This document shows, in pieces, positions 13,412 through 27,714 of a stretch of DNA of 64,000 bases (position 1 is its first letter; each line of letters starts with the position of its first letter). The DNA is from Nemertoderma westbladi (lineage: Eukaryota; Animalia; Xenacoelomorpha): NCBI GenBank assembly GCA_032718475.1, contig JAUCBJ010004729.1, forward strand, positions 1-64,000, in the 5' to 3' direction. The notes beneath the pieces are model-generated. The model searched no databases, had not been told where the DNA came from, and worked only from the letters and a program-made list of their open reading frames with translations. A program made the translations under genes and the position numbers.

Positions 13412-15043
13412 GTTGGTTAATCATTTAGTTTTTTTATATTTTAGACTTCAGCCACACATTGCACATGCATGCAACGATTGACATGCCATTTACCCTGTCA
13501 TTAAAAAGACCTAATATAATGTATTAAATTATGTTATGCATGCAACACACATCCTAGTCATTACTAACAAGCATAAACGTAATTTAATAATATTGTTAAA
13601 AAGATTGCTAAGGCCTAAGGGGGGTAGCACCACAGATGGAACTTGTTATTTTGGTGTTTCAAGACTTTAAAATTGAGTGAAAATAATTTTTTGCTGTACT
13701 AAACACGAGTGGGGCCTTTGTGCAGTGAACAATTATAATTATACTAGCTAATTATATAGGCCTATTTTAATCTAGTCTACCGACACACACTGACATACAC
13801 ACTTACACGCCCTACCCCCCCCCCCCCCCAGACTTTTGGAAAACGGCCATAGTATAATTATAACAGTTGACTGATCAAGGTTTTTACTCGCCCCACATCG
13901 TCTGGGGTGTTTAAGAATAGTCAAACCTAATATGTTGCCATCTTTAATGGCCAAAAAGTTCATTTTTGTGCCAAATGATATTTTCTACCTATATTCTATC
14001 AAATTTGTCGAAATTTTGAATAAAGAATCCGAAAGAAAACAGACAAGGTCATTTTGGTGGCTTTTTTTCCTATTTTGTTCCATAAAGGTTCCTGAGCAGC
14101 TTTAGCGAAAATGGTATTCTGAACATGTGTGCCAAATTGTTTACTCATTTCATTGAAAATCGGTGTAGAAATAGACTTTTTCATGAAGAAAGTTCGTTCT
14201 GAAATAAAGTTGTTTAAAGTTTAAGCACTTATAAACAATTTGTCAATTTCCTAAATAGGGGCGGGGGGACTACTCCACCCTTCCGTCTATCAATCTATTT
14301 GGTTGTTAGAATGTAGCTCTTCATAGTCAACATTGTAAGGCCATTCCATTCCGCTTTGTCTTAAGGATGGTAAGCGTCATGTTGGGGTCTGGAATTCGGC
14401 AATGACTCCAGCCTACAAGTTCAAATCCAGACAAACCAGTATTAAACTGCGCAGTTAGCTTCTTTTGCTTTTGTGGGGAACTTATATTAATGCTTTGTAG
14501 TGTCAGAGGGGATACATCGCCTGGACTGCTTCTACAATAATGTATTGCAGCACAGGTTCGAATCAGAATAAAAGCTGTAGAGATTTCGCACTATTGCGTC
14601 CCTAGGCAAGACACAATAGACGTTAGTGAATATTCTAACCCATTTGTACAAAGCGAACCTGGCTTTTCTTGGTGGAGTAAATATAGTGTTGGATAGATAT
14701 GGGTGTTCACTGTTCATCCTTAGAAGTTAGTGAGTCGCACTCCCTGCCTTAAAGTGACATCAAAAAGAGAGGAGCCTATGGGTTTTACATGGCTTGAAGG
14801 GCATTGTACACTACATAGGCTGGTTAGTAGCCATAATGTAGTAAGGCTAGCCAGTTTCCATCGAAGGCAATAGGCCAATCAGCAGCTACCAGTACCGGTA
14901 CTGGACGTGAATGACGTGATCATTGCTAGTAGGCAGTATTCTCAGTGCGACGGACGGCTGCAACAGACGGGCAGGATCTAACCCGGCTGTCGTGCTATTG
15001 GAATAGTTATTGAGAGAAAATCATATTTTTTTTTATTTTCCAG

Positions 15044-15197
15044 ATCTTTGATGCCTCATTACAAGCTGGTGATGATGAATCCACTGTTGTTCGTATTGAA
15101 TTGCCATTCTGTATTTCAGTTGGTTGGGTTAAACTTAAGATTGTTGATCCATTCGAAGGACAGAGGTTAAACATTCAACTGTTGGGTTGTGATGGAG
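15044..15197 (+). CDS. Module 1 exon D (C-terminal part of the discoidin-like domain)
   Basis: ttttccag| ... G|GTTGGT, phase 0-1; IFDASLQAGDDESTVVRIELPFCISVGWVKLKIVDPFEGQRLNIQLLGCDG; too short for the ORF track. Confidence 0.87.
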
Positions 15198-15349
15198 GTT
15201 GGTTATTCTTCATTATTACCCTTGACTTCTGCCCTTGAACTATTAGGATCACCCCTGTATTACTGTGAAGAAATTCTTCGAATTAACCACATTGAAATAA
15301 TATTGTATTAATTTACCTTATTATTGTGTTTAAATTATTATAATTGCAG

Positions 15350-15672
15350 ATTGTTTGGTTCCATATCCTAATCTAAGCGACCTCAAGTATTGGCCACCTG
15401 GTAAAAAAGACATTGATCCTGATTATGATGGTTGGAATCCTCAGACAAGTTTAATCAACAAATTTAGGGGATTTAATCTTGGTTCCATACAAGACATCAA
15501 GGGATTAACTCTATTATTTAAGGATATGCCACCTGGTGTTGGAAAGTTTTCTTTCAGAGCTGTGTTCTCCAATGGTTCCCCATTAGGTCCCGGAGTTGAA
15601 CTTACAGAAAGTGGCTCACTAACTCCAATTACATCTGCAGCTCAATGGATTAATGGAAAGCCGGATTCTAAG
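15350..15672 (+). CDS. Module 1 exon E (third globular domain, N-terminal part)
   Basis: aattgcag| ... AAG|GTTAGA, phase 1-0; DCLVPYP...DYDGWNP...WINGKPDSK. Confidence 0.87.
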
Positions 15673-16238
15673 GTTAGAATCTTCCATAATAGTGAACCAC
15701 AATCAGCGATATTGTTGCCAAAAAAATAATTCTTCCAAATAAGTAGTTACTTACTTATCTTAGTTATCTAAAAACAAAGTCTTTGATATTTTTCCCAGTT
15801 ATAAAAAGTAATAATTATCTTTTTTGTCCAGTTTCGGCAATTTAAATTAAATTTATTAAAGTTTGAAAATTTATTGTATAAAATTATTTTCAAATTTTTT
15901 TTTTTTCCATATAGAGAACCACATATCAGCAATATTAGAACTGTCAACTTGTAAAATAAAGAACACTTTAAAATACATAGTTTCTTAGTTGTGTTAGGTG
16001 GGGTGGGGTGGTTAGTTTACTGAAGTGTAAAGGAATCCAGTTGACCATATCAAATGAGAGCGACAAATCGTTTGCCTCGAAGTATTGATATGTTCATGGA
16101 AATGCAGATGAAAGAAGATCAAAGTAAATCTCCATTATTTTTGAGAATCGTAGTCTTTTCGGTCATTATATTCCAAATGTCAATACACTAAATTTAAATA
16201 TCACAGCACTGATAACATCTGATATTCTATTGCTTTAG

Positions 16239-16398
16239 ATTCACACCACTGAATTGTATGCAATTGGTACTCCTTCTTTCGCAATGGAATTCCAAGATGA
16301 TGTTATTTTCCCATATTCATGGGTGACAATCATAGCTGATGACTGGTCTCCCAATAACCTTCATATATCTGCTATGGTAACTGGTCGCTGTCCCATTG
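16239..16398 (+). CDS. Module 1 exon F
   Basis: tgctttag| ... G|GTAAGT, phase 0-1; IHTTELYAIGTPSFAMEFQDD...VTGRCPI. Confidence 0.87.
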
Positions 16399-16988
16399 GT
16401 AAGTAAAATATAATATCATGAATTTGTTCACCATGCTTATGATAGATGCACAGAACTGAATATAAACATAGAGATAGTAGTAGTAGACATTTTTTTGAAA
16501 ATAAAACCACAAGATCGAAAATTACTACACAATAGCTACAAGGCAATAACAATAATACTAATTATCCAAAATATTTACAACTATATACAAATATATAAAA
16601 GCACATCTGAATATTATTCATTAATATAATAACCTATTTCTATTTAATATACCTTAATATACCTTTGAAATTAATTTACTGACTGCAACCGGGGGTAGGA
16701 CATCGATACAGATGAAGCGAAATTTGAAATAGCACCATTCACCAGGCATCGTCACATATATGGCATTGGCAAGGCCTTATAATACCCATATAATGCCTAT
16801 CCACTTAAGTTTAATTAGATTACAGGCCTGCGCCTGGTCTGGTAACTAACCTACCATTGTATATTAAAATTTAGTAAATAGCGATTGAAAATAATATATA
16901 TAAATTGAGGAATCTTTTCTTTTAGGCTCGATAACCAAAGGAAAACCTGTCATTGAACAATCATTAAAGCACTGTCCCCAAACAGTGC

Positions 16989-17059
16989 TGCTCCAGCTAG
17001 GGATCGAACCAGGGCTTCCTAATTGGAAGGCAGGAATGTCACCACTAGACCAAGCCGCA
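16989..17059 (-). mobile_element. tRNA-Gly(TCC)-derived SINE head or tRNA pseudogene
   Basis: Minus strand GCGGCTTGGTCTAGTGGTGACATTCCTGCCTTCCAATTAGGAAGCCCTGGTTCGATCCC has an A box, a B box and a CTTCCAA loop; the acceptor stem is disrupted. Confidence 0.6.
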
Positions 17060-18302
17060 TTTCATTTCATAAATATTTATCTGCATCATCAAGACCAGTG
17101 TCTTTTATCAGATGTTTCAGTAATATCAATGGCTACCATAATAGTACAAGATCACGCACAGGCTGATCACTCCTATTGTGGTATATTTCCACAATAGGCA
17201 ATCTCGCTAATATTTGCAATCTCACTGCTTACAATGTTGTACGAACAACATCGACCATATTATCAACCATCCAACTCACATAATTATTCACAATCATCTA
17301 CGTTGACTCCACAGCAAAGCAACCTGACCTCATTTATCGCCGTGTATTATTATTATTAATCACTAGCCTACCGGTCAGCACTTTACTCAGCCCTATCAGC
17401 CTATTGCAGTGTCTAAGTATTTCAGCTTACTTCATTAAGTTGGTTTTACCGGTGACCGGTAGACATTTTTAATATGCAAGTAGCCTTACCAATTAAATAT
17501 AGTACTGGCAGAACGGCATTACAAGAGTAGCCTTACCGTATTACTTACTGCTTGGAATGCAGTAGTACTGCTGGACATACTGCTGGAAACGGCATTTTAT
17601 CAATGTTACTGACCATGAATGTAATTCATTGTAATGTAAAAAGCTCCGCTTTCAATTGATAAGCTACGTGTGTGAAATGATTCTGATTTAATATGTATTT
17701 GAATCGATCGAAAATCTCTATCCATAGAAATCAAGATAATAAATTCAGTTTGTAGTGACGTCAAATCTGTAGCATCCAATCACAGCCGATTTTCAAAATT
17801 GACTTCCCGCGCTTACTTAAACCCGCCATTTTGACCGTTCCTCGTGTTTTTACAAAAACACACCCCGCCACTCCATTTAGGGCACCTTGTTCCCACTTAT
17901 TCAATTGTTTCTAGCTCTATAATTAGTTTTTAGGGCATACCGACACAATTATGTTTTCTGTTTGATACAGAAAACAGAGGACCACGATGGAAAATGGTAA
18001 ATCTGTTAATTTCGAGATATATTATGTTCAATGTAAATAGGATTCCAATCTCAATTACGTTGAGGACATTGTACAGTACAATAATATAATATAAGGACAG
18101 ATATTATCAAGTTCATATCAAGGATTTATTGTCTCAAGAGATGTAACATTTGATGTAGATACCAACATATAATAATAATACAGGAATTAACTGTTACAAT
18201 AATAAGTCACCGGTTATATTCTCAAATATTGGCAACATCTGACCGTTAATAATATATTCCCACGTCTCATCTCACCAATGTATTGCAAGTTTCCTCTTGA
18301 GC

Positions 18303-19008
18303 TAAACGCCCGTTCACATCCAACGGAACGGTACACCGCGCGGTGTACCGCAGGGCCAGCGGTACACCGCTGACTGTGAACGACCAAACAGGTAGTTGTG
18401 TGCTAAACCACGTGGTTTACCGCAGCTTATTTAAACAATGTTAAAACAATTAATGAATTTCCTGTTGAATTCACAGTCCACAGATAGACAATCATTTACC
18501 ACAAAGGTACCGTTGGATGTGAACCGGCTCCGGGTAGTGTACCACTGGCTTACCGCTTCAATACCACCAGACTACGTTACCACTCATGCACCATTGGATG
18601 TGAACGGCTTAAGGCCCTTTCACATCCAACGGATCAGTACACCGCGTGGTGTAGCGGTGCACCACTGAGTGTGAACGACCCTGTGGTATTCGAGCGGTGT
18701 CTGAGCGGTAAATGATATTGATTACCGCTAACTGTGAACGAACCAACAGGTAGGTAGTTGTGCGCTAAACCGCGCGGTTTACCGCAGCCTATTTAAACAA
18801 TGTTAAAACAGTTAATGTAATTTCCTGCTTAATTCAGAGTCAACAGATAGACAATCAGTTACGGCAACGATACCGTTGGGTGTGAATGGGCTCTGGGTAG
18901 TGAACCACTGGCTTACCGCTTCAATACCGCTAGACTAACCATTGTGTCCAAACTACCTGTCAACGAATAGTTTACCACTCACGCACTGTTGGATGTGAAC
19001 GGGTTTTA
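18303..19008. mobile_element. PIF/Harbinger-like MITE, tandem dimer
   Basis: TIRs CCCGTTCACATCCAAC...GTTGGATGTGAACGG; two related copies joined at TTAA (18609-18612); TAA/TTA flanks; absent from the paralogous intron near 2655-2665. Confidence 0.7.
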
Positions 19009-19597
19009 GGACTCTTTTGTCATAGAGTTTCATGTCCAATGTCCACACCATTACCGGACAACCTCCACCACCATAATAATTACACAATCCCTTTGGGCCA
19101 TATTAGTACTAATACAGTCATCTGTTCCATCTAACACACTATGCATTGTTCGTTCATGCTCTTTTTATGAATAATTTTCTCTACTTAATTTATCTCTCAC
19201 GCTATTTTATACGCCTCTCAATACTTAGCTATTGTATCCAAGGTTATTGGTCTGTAAATTTAGATATATATTGGTAACATCTAAAAATTGACAAATTAAT
19301 AACATAATTGCCAAGAGCATACAGAAATAGTAAGCTATTCCTCGAAAGTGCGAATTAAAAAGTCGGACAATAAAACGTTTATTTTTTTTTGTAAAAGACG
19401 GGGTTATTATATTTGAAATTTCTATAATTATTCTTATTTATATTAGTTATGGAATTAGAAATTCTTAAGAAGAATAACAGGAATTGAATGAAAGGCAATA
19501 AACACAGAGTAAAATAAAGATGTCCTGTGCAATGAGTCAGTCTGCTTCACCAACTTAAAAATGAACAGTTGATTTTATTTTATTTTCCTAAATTTAG

Positions 19598-22500
19598 TAA
19601 CAACTGGTCCGCCACCAACTACTGGTACTCCTCCACCACCACCCCCATCTACAACTACGGGACCTACAACAACTGTGGGTCCACCTACAACACCTGGACC
19701 ATCAACAGCACCACCACCCACAACAGCACCACCACCAACAACAACACTTGGACCAACAACAACACCCGGACCAACAACAGCACCTCCACCAACAACAACA
19801 CCTGGACCAACAACAACACCACCACCACCCACAACAGCACCTCCACCCACAACAACACCCGGACCATCAACAGCACCTCCACCAACAACAACACCCGGAC
19901 CATCAACAGCACCTCCACCAACAACAACACCCGGACCATCAACAGCACCTCCACCAACAACAACACCCGGACCATCAACAGCACCTCCACCAACAACAAC
20001 ACCCGGACCATCAACAGCACCTCCACCAACAACAACACCCGGACCATCAACAGCACCTCCACCAACAACAACACCCGGACCATCAACAGCACCTCCACCA
20101 ACAACAACACCCGGACCATCAACAGCACCACCACCCACAACAACACCCAGGCCATCAACTGCACCTCCACCAACAACAACACCTGGACCATCAACAGCAC
20201 CCCCACCAACAACAACACCCGGACCATCAACAGCACCTCCACCAACAACAACACCCGGACCATCAACAGCACCACCACCCACAACAACACCCGGACCAAC
20301 AACAGCACCTCCACCCACAACAACACCCGGACCATCAACAGCACCTCCACCAACAACAACACCCGGGCCATCAACTGCACCTCCACCAACAACAACACCT
20401 GGACCATCAACAGCACCTCCACCAACAACAACACCCGGACCATCAACAGCACCTCCACCAACAACAACACCTGGACCCTCAACAGCACCTCCACCCACAA
20501 CAACACCCGTGCCATCAACAGCACCTCCACCAACAACAACACCCGGACCATCAACTGCACCTCCTCCAACAACAACACCTGGACCATCAACAGCACCTCC
20601 ACCTACAACAGCACCACCACCAACAACAACACCCGGACCATCAACAGCACCTCCACCCACAACAGCACCACCACCAACAACAACACTCGGACCATCAACA
20701 GCACCTCCACCAACAACAACACCTGGACCATCAACAGCACCTCCACCAACAACAACACCTGGACCATCAACTGCACCTCCACCAACAACAACACCCGGAC
20801 CAACAACAGCACCTCCACCCACAACAACACCCGGACCATCAACAGCACCTCCACCAACAACAACACCTGGACCATCAACAGCACCTCCACCAACAACAAC
20901 ACCTGGACCATCAACTGCACCTCCACCAACAACAACACCCGGACCAACAACTGCACCTCCACCCACAACAACACCCGGACCATCAACAGCACCCCCACCA
21001 ACAACAACACCTGGACCATCAACTGCACCTCCACCCACAACAACACCCGGACCATCAACAGCACCTCCACCAACAACAACACCCGGACCATCAACAGCAC
21101 CACCACCCACAACAACACCCAGACCATCAACTGCACCTCCACCAACAACAACACCTGGACCATCAACAGCACCCCCACCAACAACAACACCCGGACCATC
21201 AACAGCACCTCCACCAACAACAACACCCGGACCATCAACAGCACCACCACCCACAACAACACCCGGACCAACAACAGCACCTCCACCCACAACAACACCC
21301 GGGCCATCAACAGCACCTCCACCAACAACAACACCCGGGCCATCAACTGCACCTCCACCAACAACAACACCTGGACCATCAACAGCACCTCCACCAACAA
21401 CAACACCCGGACCATCAACAGCACCTCCACCCACAACAACACCCGGACCATCAACAGCACCACCACCCACAACAACACCTGGACCAACAACAGCACCTCC
21501 ACCCACAACACCCGGACCAACAACAGCACCTCCACCTACAACAGCACCACCACCAACAACAACACCCGGACCATCAACAGCACCTCCACCTACAACAGCA
21601 CCACCACCAACAACAACACCCGGACCATCAACAGCACCTCCACCCACAACAGCACCACCACCAACAACAACACCCGGACCATCAACAGCACCTCCACCAA
21701 CAACAACACCTGGACCATCAACAACACCTCCACCAACAACAACACCTGGACCATCAACAGCACCTCCACCAACAACAACACCTGGACCATCAACAGCACC
21801 CCCACCAACAACAACACCCGGACCAACAACAGCACCTCCACCCACAACACCCGGACCAACAACAGCACCTCCACCAACAACAACACCCGGCCCAACAACA
21901 GCACCTCCACCCACAACAGCACCTCCACCAACAACAACACCTGGACCATCAACAGCACCTCCACCAACAACAACACCTGGACCATCAACAGCACCCCCAC
22001 CAACAACAACACCCGGACCATCAACAGCACCCCCACCAACAACAACACCCGGACCAACAACAGCACCTCCACCCACAACACCCGGACCATCAACAGCACC
22101 TCCACCAACAACAACACCCGGACCATCAACAGCACCTCCACCCACAACAACACCCGTGCCATCAACAGCACCTCCACCAACAACAACACCCGGACCATCA
22201 ACTGCACCTCCTCCAACAACAACACCTGGACCATCAACAGCACCTCCAACTACAACAGCACCACCACCAACAACAACACCCGGACCATCAACAGCACCTC
22301 CACCCACAACAGCACCACCACCAACAACAACACCCGGACCATCAACAGCACCTCCACCAACAACAACACCTGGACCATCAACAACACCTCCACCAACAAC
22401 AACACCTGGACCATCAACAGCACCTCCACCCACAACAACACCCGGACCATCAACAGCACCACCACCCACAACAACACCTGGACCAACAACAGCACCTCCA

Positions 22501-23710
22501 CCCACAACACCCGGACCAACAACAGCACCTCCACCAACAACAACACCCGGCCCAACAACAGCACCTCCACCCACAACAGCACCTCCACCAACAACAGCAC
22601 CCCCACCCACAACAACAACTGGTCCATCAACAGCACCTCCACCCACAACAACACCAGGACCATCAACAGCCCCACCACCCACAACAACACCCGGTCCATC
22701 AACAGCACCTCCACCAACAACAACACCCGGACCATCAACCGCACCACCACCCACAACAACACCTGGACCATCAACAGCACCTCCACCCACAACAACACCC
22801 GGACCATCAACAGCACCACCACCCACAACAACACCTGGACCAACAACAGCCCCTCCACCCACAACACCCGGACCAACAACAGCACCTCCACCAACAACAA
22901 CACCCGGCCCAACAACAGCACCTCCACCCACAACAGCACCTCCACCAACAACAGCACCTCCACCCACAACAACACCCGGACCAACAACAGCACCTCCACC
23001 CACAACGCCCGGACCAACAACAGCGCCTCCACCCACAACAACACCCGGACCATCAACAGCACCTCCACCCACAACAACACCTGGTCCATCAACAGCTCCC
23101 CCACCAACAACAACACCCGGACCATCAACAGCACCTCCACCAACAACAGCACCTCCACCCACAACAACACCTGGTCCATCAACAGCACCTCCACCCACAA
23201 CAACACCAGGACCATCAACAGCCCCACCACCCACAACAACACCCGGACCATCAACAGCACCTCCACCAACAACAACACCTGGACCAACAACAGCACCTCC
23301 ACCCACAACAACACCCGGTCCATCAACAGCACCACCACCAACAACAACACCCGGACCATCAACAGCACCTCCACCCACAACAGCACCACCACCAACAACA
23401 ACACTCGGACCATCAACAGCCCCACCACCCACAACAACACCCGGACCATCAACAGCACCTCCACCAACAACAACACCTGGACCAACAACAGCACCTCCAC
23501 CCACAACAACACCCGGGCCATCAACTGCACCTCCACCAACAACAACACCTGGACCATCAACAGCACCTCCACCAACAACAACATCCGGACCATCAACTGC
23601 ACCTCCACCCACAACAACACCTGGACCAACAACAGCACCTCCATCCACAACAACACTTGGACCATCAACAGCACCTCCATCCACATCGACACCTGCTCCC
23701 ACTACAACAG
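19598..23710 (+). CDS. Mucin PTS giant exon 2 (1371 codons)
   Basis: Same acceptor and donor contexts as PTS exon 1; 4113 nt, phase 1-1; the PTS frame is that of ORF 19675..23763. Confidence 0.92.
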
Positions 23711-24616
23711 GTGAGGCATTACTTTGTACTATTTCTATGTATTTGTATGAATTATTTATTTAATTAATTTAATACACTTCAGTTTTTAATACCCATTCAA
23801 TGATGGCGTGCGGGTTTTGACTCTCCCCCAATAATGCTTTATAATACACAGTAATGCAAATTGATTTCCACCTTGCTGCGATTATCAGTTCTCTGTATTT
23901 TGGTGATGTGCTGATAGGCTAGGCTCTCTGTTATATGTACTTTTTCAGACATATACACCTTTATTTGAGAATATCATTGAGAATAAGCCTGCTATCGCGA
24001 TAGGATTTGCAATGTGTGCAAGGGCCCTGGGAACATGAGATTAATGTGATCTAATTCTTCCTGTTCCCGACTCCTCAACAGAGAGAGGTTGGAGGCCCAC
24101 TGTCCTGAATCACATATGATATATAATATATTGGTAGATATTACTTGGTAAAATTATGGGTCAATCTAATGGGGTGCTATTGTTAGATTAATAACAATAT
24201 ATTTGATTTATTAAAGAAACGCTGTATTTCACACCGGCTCTAGTGGGAATATTTCCACGAACGAGCCTAACGAGTGAGTGAAATACGAACCGAGAAACTG
24301 AAAGTGAAAAAAGGTTACTTTAAAACGACTAATATGTCGTTTTGTTATCAAGTTTCGCAAGTTTTATTAATTAATAAGCCTACCAAACATACGGTACTTG
24401 TATGTAGTTAGATAAGTAGATATTTATCTATGTAGCTTGTGCTGTGGGCAGCCTATGGCGATTCGGTAAATTGTAAATTCACTCTATTGCCTGTGCATGT
24501 GTGCACTGATTTACAGTCATACTGAACGGAAACTTCTACTGCAAAGAATCACAGCTTTGAATTTACGGTGTATTTCTCGCCGACTTGAATATAAAGGTAT
24601 CATATTATGTTTACAG

Positions 24617-25126
24617 AATGTGTCGATTGTTGTCCCTCAATACCTTGTTGCGATGAGACTCAAGTCAGCGAGTATTACGCTTCTGAAGGTGCCCCGGAAG
24701 ATGTAGAGTATCCTGATGGGAACGGTGTTGAGCTTGAATATGGAGATTACATCAAAGCTCATGTATCAAGTCCATGCCACACATTAGCATCAATCATTGT
24801 TCAACTCCCACATGGATCTGTTGGTGATATATTTACGTTTGTTTTGGAGGTTTCTTCCTATGAGGGAGATCCATCAGGCTTATATAAAGAATACGTTTAT
24901 GCGATCAAGGACAATTTGATAGGTCTCGAAAACGTATTTATGATCGCATCAAATTCCCTGCAAGGTGCATCATATTATGAGTTTATGGTAGAAGTTACGG
25001 ATGCTACAAATCTGAAATGGTTTAAACTTCCTGAATTTGCTGAGAATGTTAAAGAAGTAAAACTTGTATCCAAGACAATGAATCCAACCTCAGTTACTTT
25101 GCGGTTATACGGATGTGACAACGATA
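24617..25126 (+). CDS. Module 2 exon A
   Basis: Copy of 10303-10812 with the same splice sites; one amino-acid change seen (D>N). Confidence 0.9.
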
Positions 25127-25363
25127 GTGAGTATTATTTACCACCACCACAGATATTTGTTGTGTTTTGGAAACAAACAAAGTTAGGAAACAGACATTTA
25201 TTTTTATTTCCAAAACTATGTTTACTTCGTATTTATTTATATTTTATATCTTAATAATTTTAAATGTCTCAATAGGCCCTAATCACCGAGGTATTTTATT
25301 GAAATTATATTATTTTAGATTCTTGTCTGACATCTTAACATTTAAATAACTTTATTGTTACAG

Positions 25364-25426
25364 CTTGTCCAACTCCACCACCAACCACAACACCAATAAT
25401 AACAACTCCAATTACTCCACCTGAAC
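25364..25426 (+). CDS. Module 2 exon B (PT linker)
   Basis: Copy of 11050-11112 with AG/GT sites intact. Confidence 0.85.
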
Positions 25427-27714
25427 GTAAGTATATCTAAAATAATTAATTATTATTTGTTGTTATTATATTTGATTAATCCAGAAAGTAAATTTCTAAA
25501 GACTGCAGTGTAATTGTACAGTAGCATATAAAAGTTAAGAAAATAAATAAAATGTGGCAGTTGTTAGTTATAAATTTATCTGCATGATAGATTAAAATAT
25601 TGAGCAACAAATGTCAGCTAGTGTACAGGAATAAGGAGTAATTGACAAGCTGCATTATTGTAATCGATTGTTAAAGCCCTCGTTGGCATACCCCTGAAAA
25701 ATAAACTCTATCGATTCTGATTTTAGATTCCATATTACAAATTCATTCCATATAGTCTATCTACCCAATATTCACCCACCAATACCCCCTACTATTCGAA
25801 GCCCCGATTAGACAACAGTAAATATCCAGGGGCCTATTTTATTTGTGATTCAATAACCACCTGTCATGCTTCAATTAAAAAGTGACAAAAGTGAAAAAGA
25901 TATTTCAATATTAGGAATCCTTCCTAGACCTCAAACAAGTGAGAATTAGGGGTCAACTGAGCACCTCCCTCTTGACCCCGGCAACCGACTATACAAAGGG
26001 ACTTGATTCCCTCACAGTCAGTAACTCGGCCTTCAGATGGCAGCCTACCTTGGCTCAGAGCTTGCAAAACTTGCACTATTGGCATACTCACCATGGTGGG
26101 GCTTTTTAGTGTGGGTAAGCTAGCAAATACTCTTGAGTTTTGTCTAAAACCAACCATAGTGCTTGCTAGCTAGCTCCTCGGTCCGTAACAGACCCGACAG
26201 TGGAGCTGTGAGGACAAAGTACCAGTTAACTTCCTGGCCTACTAGACTAGCTTCCAGCCCTACAACAGTTTAGTGCTTGCGCATGCGCACTCTGTCCGCT
26301 GTCTTTGCCGTCCGACCCAGGCCCAACCGTCGAGTTGTGAGGACAAAGTAGCAGCTAATTTCATATGCCCAAACGGTATACCCTTGTTTGGACATTGAAA
26401 TAACCTTGTGTTTACAAAGTCTTGTTAGATTGTGGTAAACCAGATTTTTATGGTAGATTTTGTGATTGTGTAGATTTTCTATTATTTTGTAATATTTTTC
26501 AAAATTATAAGGCTTACTTTGGTTCCTGACGGACCCAAAGCACCCCTCATCCGGTTTCTCTTTTTCCCCCTTCCCAGATGTATTTCAATGGTGTTACATA
26601 AAGTATATTATTTTTACCAAAAGGAAGACATTAATTAATAACATCTCGAAAATAGAATTCAATCATTGTGTTTTTGAACTATCGTAAGAAGTCAAGAAGA
26701 CAATAAAATAATTTACGGTTGCACTAAGGAAACTTTGATATATATAAGCCGTTTAGGAGCTACACCATGGGTAAAATATATCCTTTACAATAATTATTAT
26801 TGGTTGAATCCAATCATATTGTAAAATAATGATGAGTAATTATTATGACGACCCAATGAACTAAATTAATTTAATAAAAGCTGGGAGTTATATGCCTTTT
26901 GTAAAATTTCGTATTGCCATAAACATCATCTCATTTCACATGGATGATATTGTCGGCCATTTTCACTAAATTATTCAGAGAAAAATTACAATATTCGATT
27001 TGTTATTTCTATCCACCAACTGAACTGCTGTGCTGGTCAGAAACAATGTTCTCCTCCAGAGTTTGTTCTTCTTGCAAATTGACCAAATTTGATATGAACT
27101 TCACCTAGTTGTTTAACAACTCAGTCGGAATCAGTAGTAAATGATTGTCCAACGAATGTCACAAAATATCATTGCTTTTGATTTTAGTATAGGCCTAATA
27201 GCTCAGCTAGAAATTATTTTCCATGTAAAAGAAGCATTGCTAATTAGGCAGCTATTAAGGGTCGGCAGCCGACCCTTAATTCACAGTTAACTTATATTCC
27301 TTACAAACTCCTGTAGTCCTTGTAGTTTTGTTGATAGGCCCCTTTTCAGTACAACCCCAATTTCATTGCTACAGTACTACAGTATTTCGCTTCTGGTTGA
27401 TTTTATTCATAGTTATAGCGAAATTTGGTTGTTTTTTTTTTACTCTTTTTGTGAATTATATGTAGACCTTGTCTGACAGTTCGTAGCTCGCATTATTTGA
27501 TAATGGTTTGAGTTATTAAACCAACATTTAAACACTAATGAAATTTTAAATTTTATTGCTGGCTTTAATCTTCCTTATGATTTGACATTAAAATTATAAT
27601 TACTTGGCTGGTGAAGGGAGTTATAATGTGTCAAGGTGTTATTCAAATTGAATTTAAGTAGACTTAGCATACAATATCTAACTTTTATTGACAATAAAAC
27701 TTTTTGGCTTTCAG

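Noticed and set aside
16989-17059. Functional tRNA-Gly gene
   Set aside because: The acceptor and anticodon stems are mismatched; better read as a SINE head or pseudogene.
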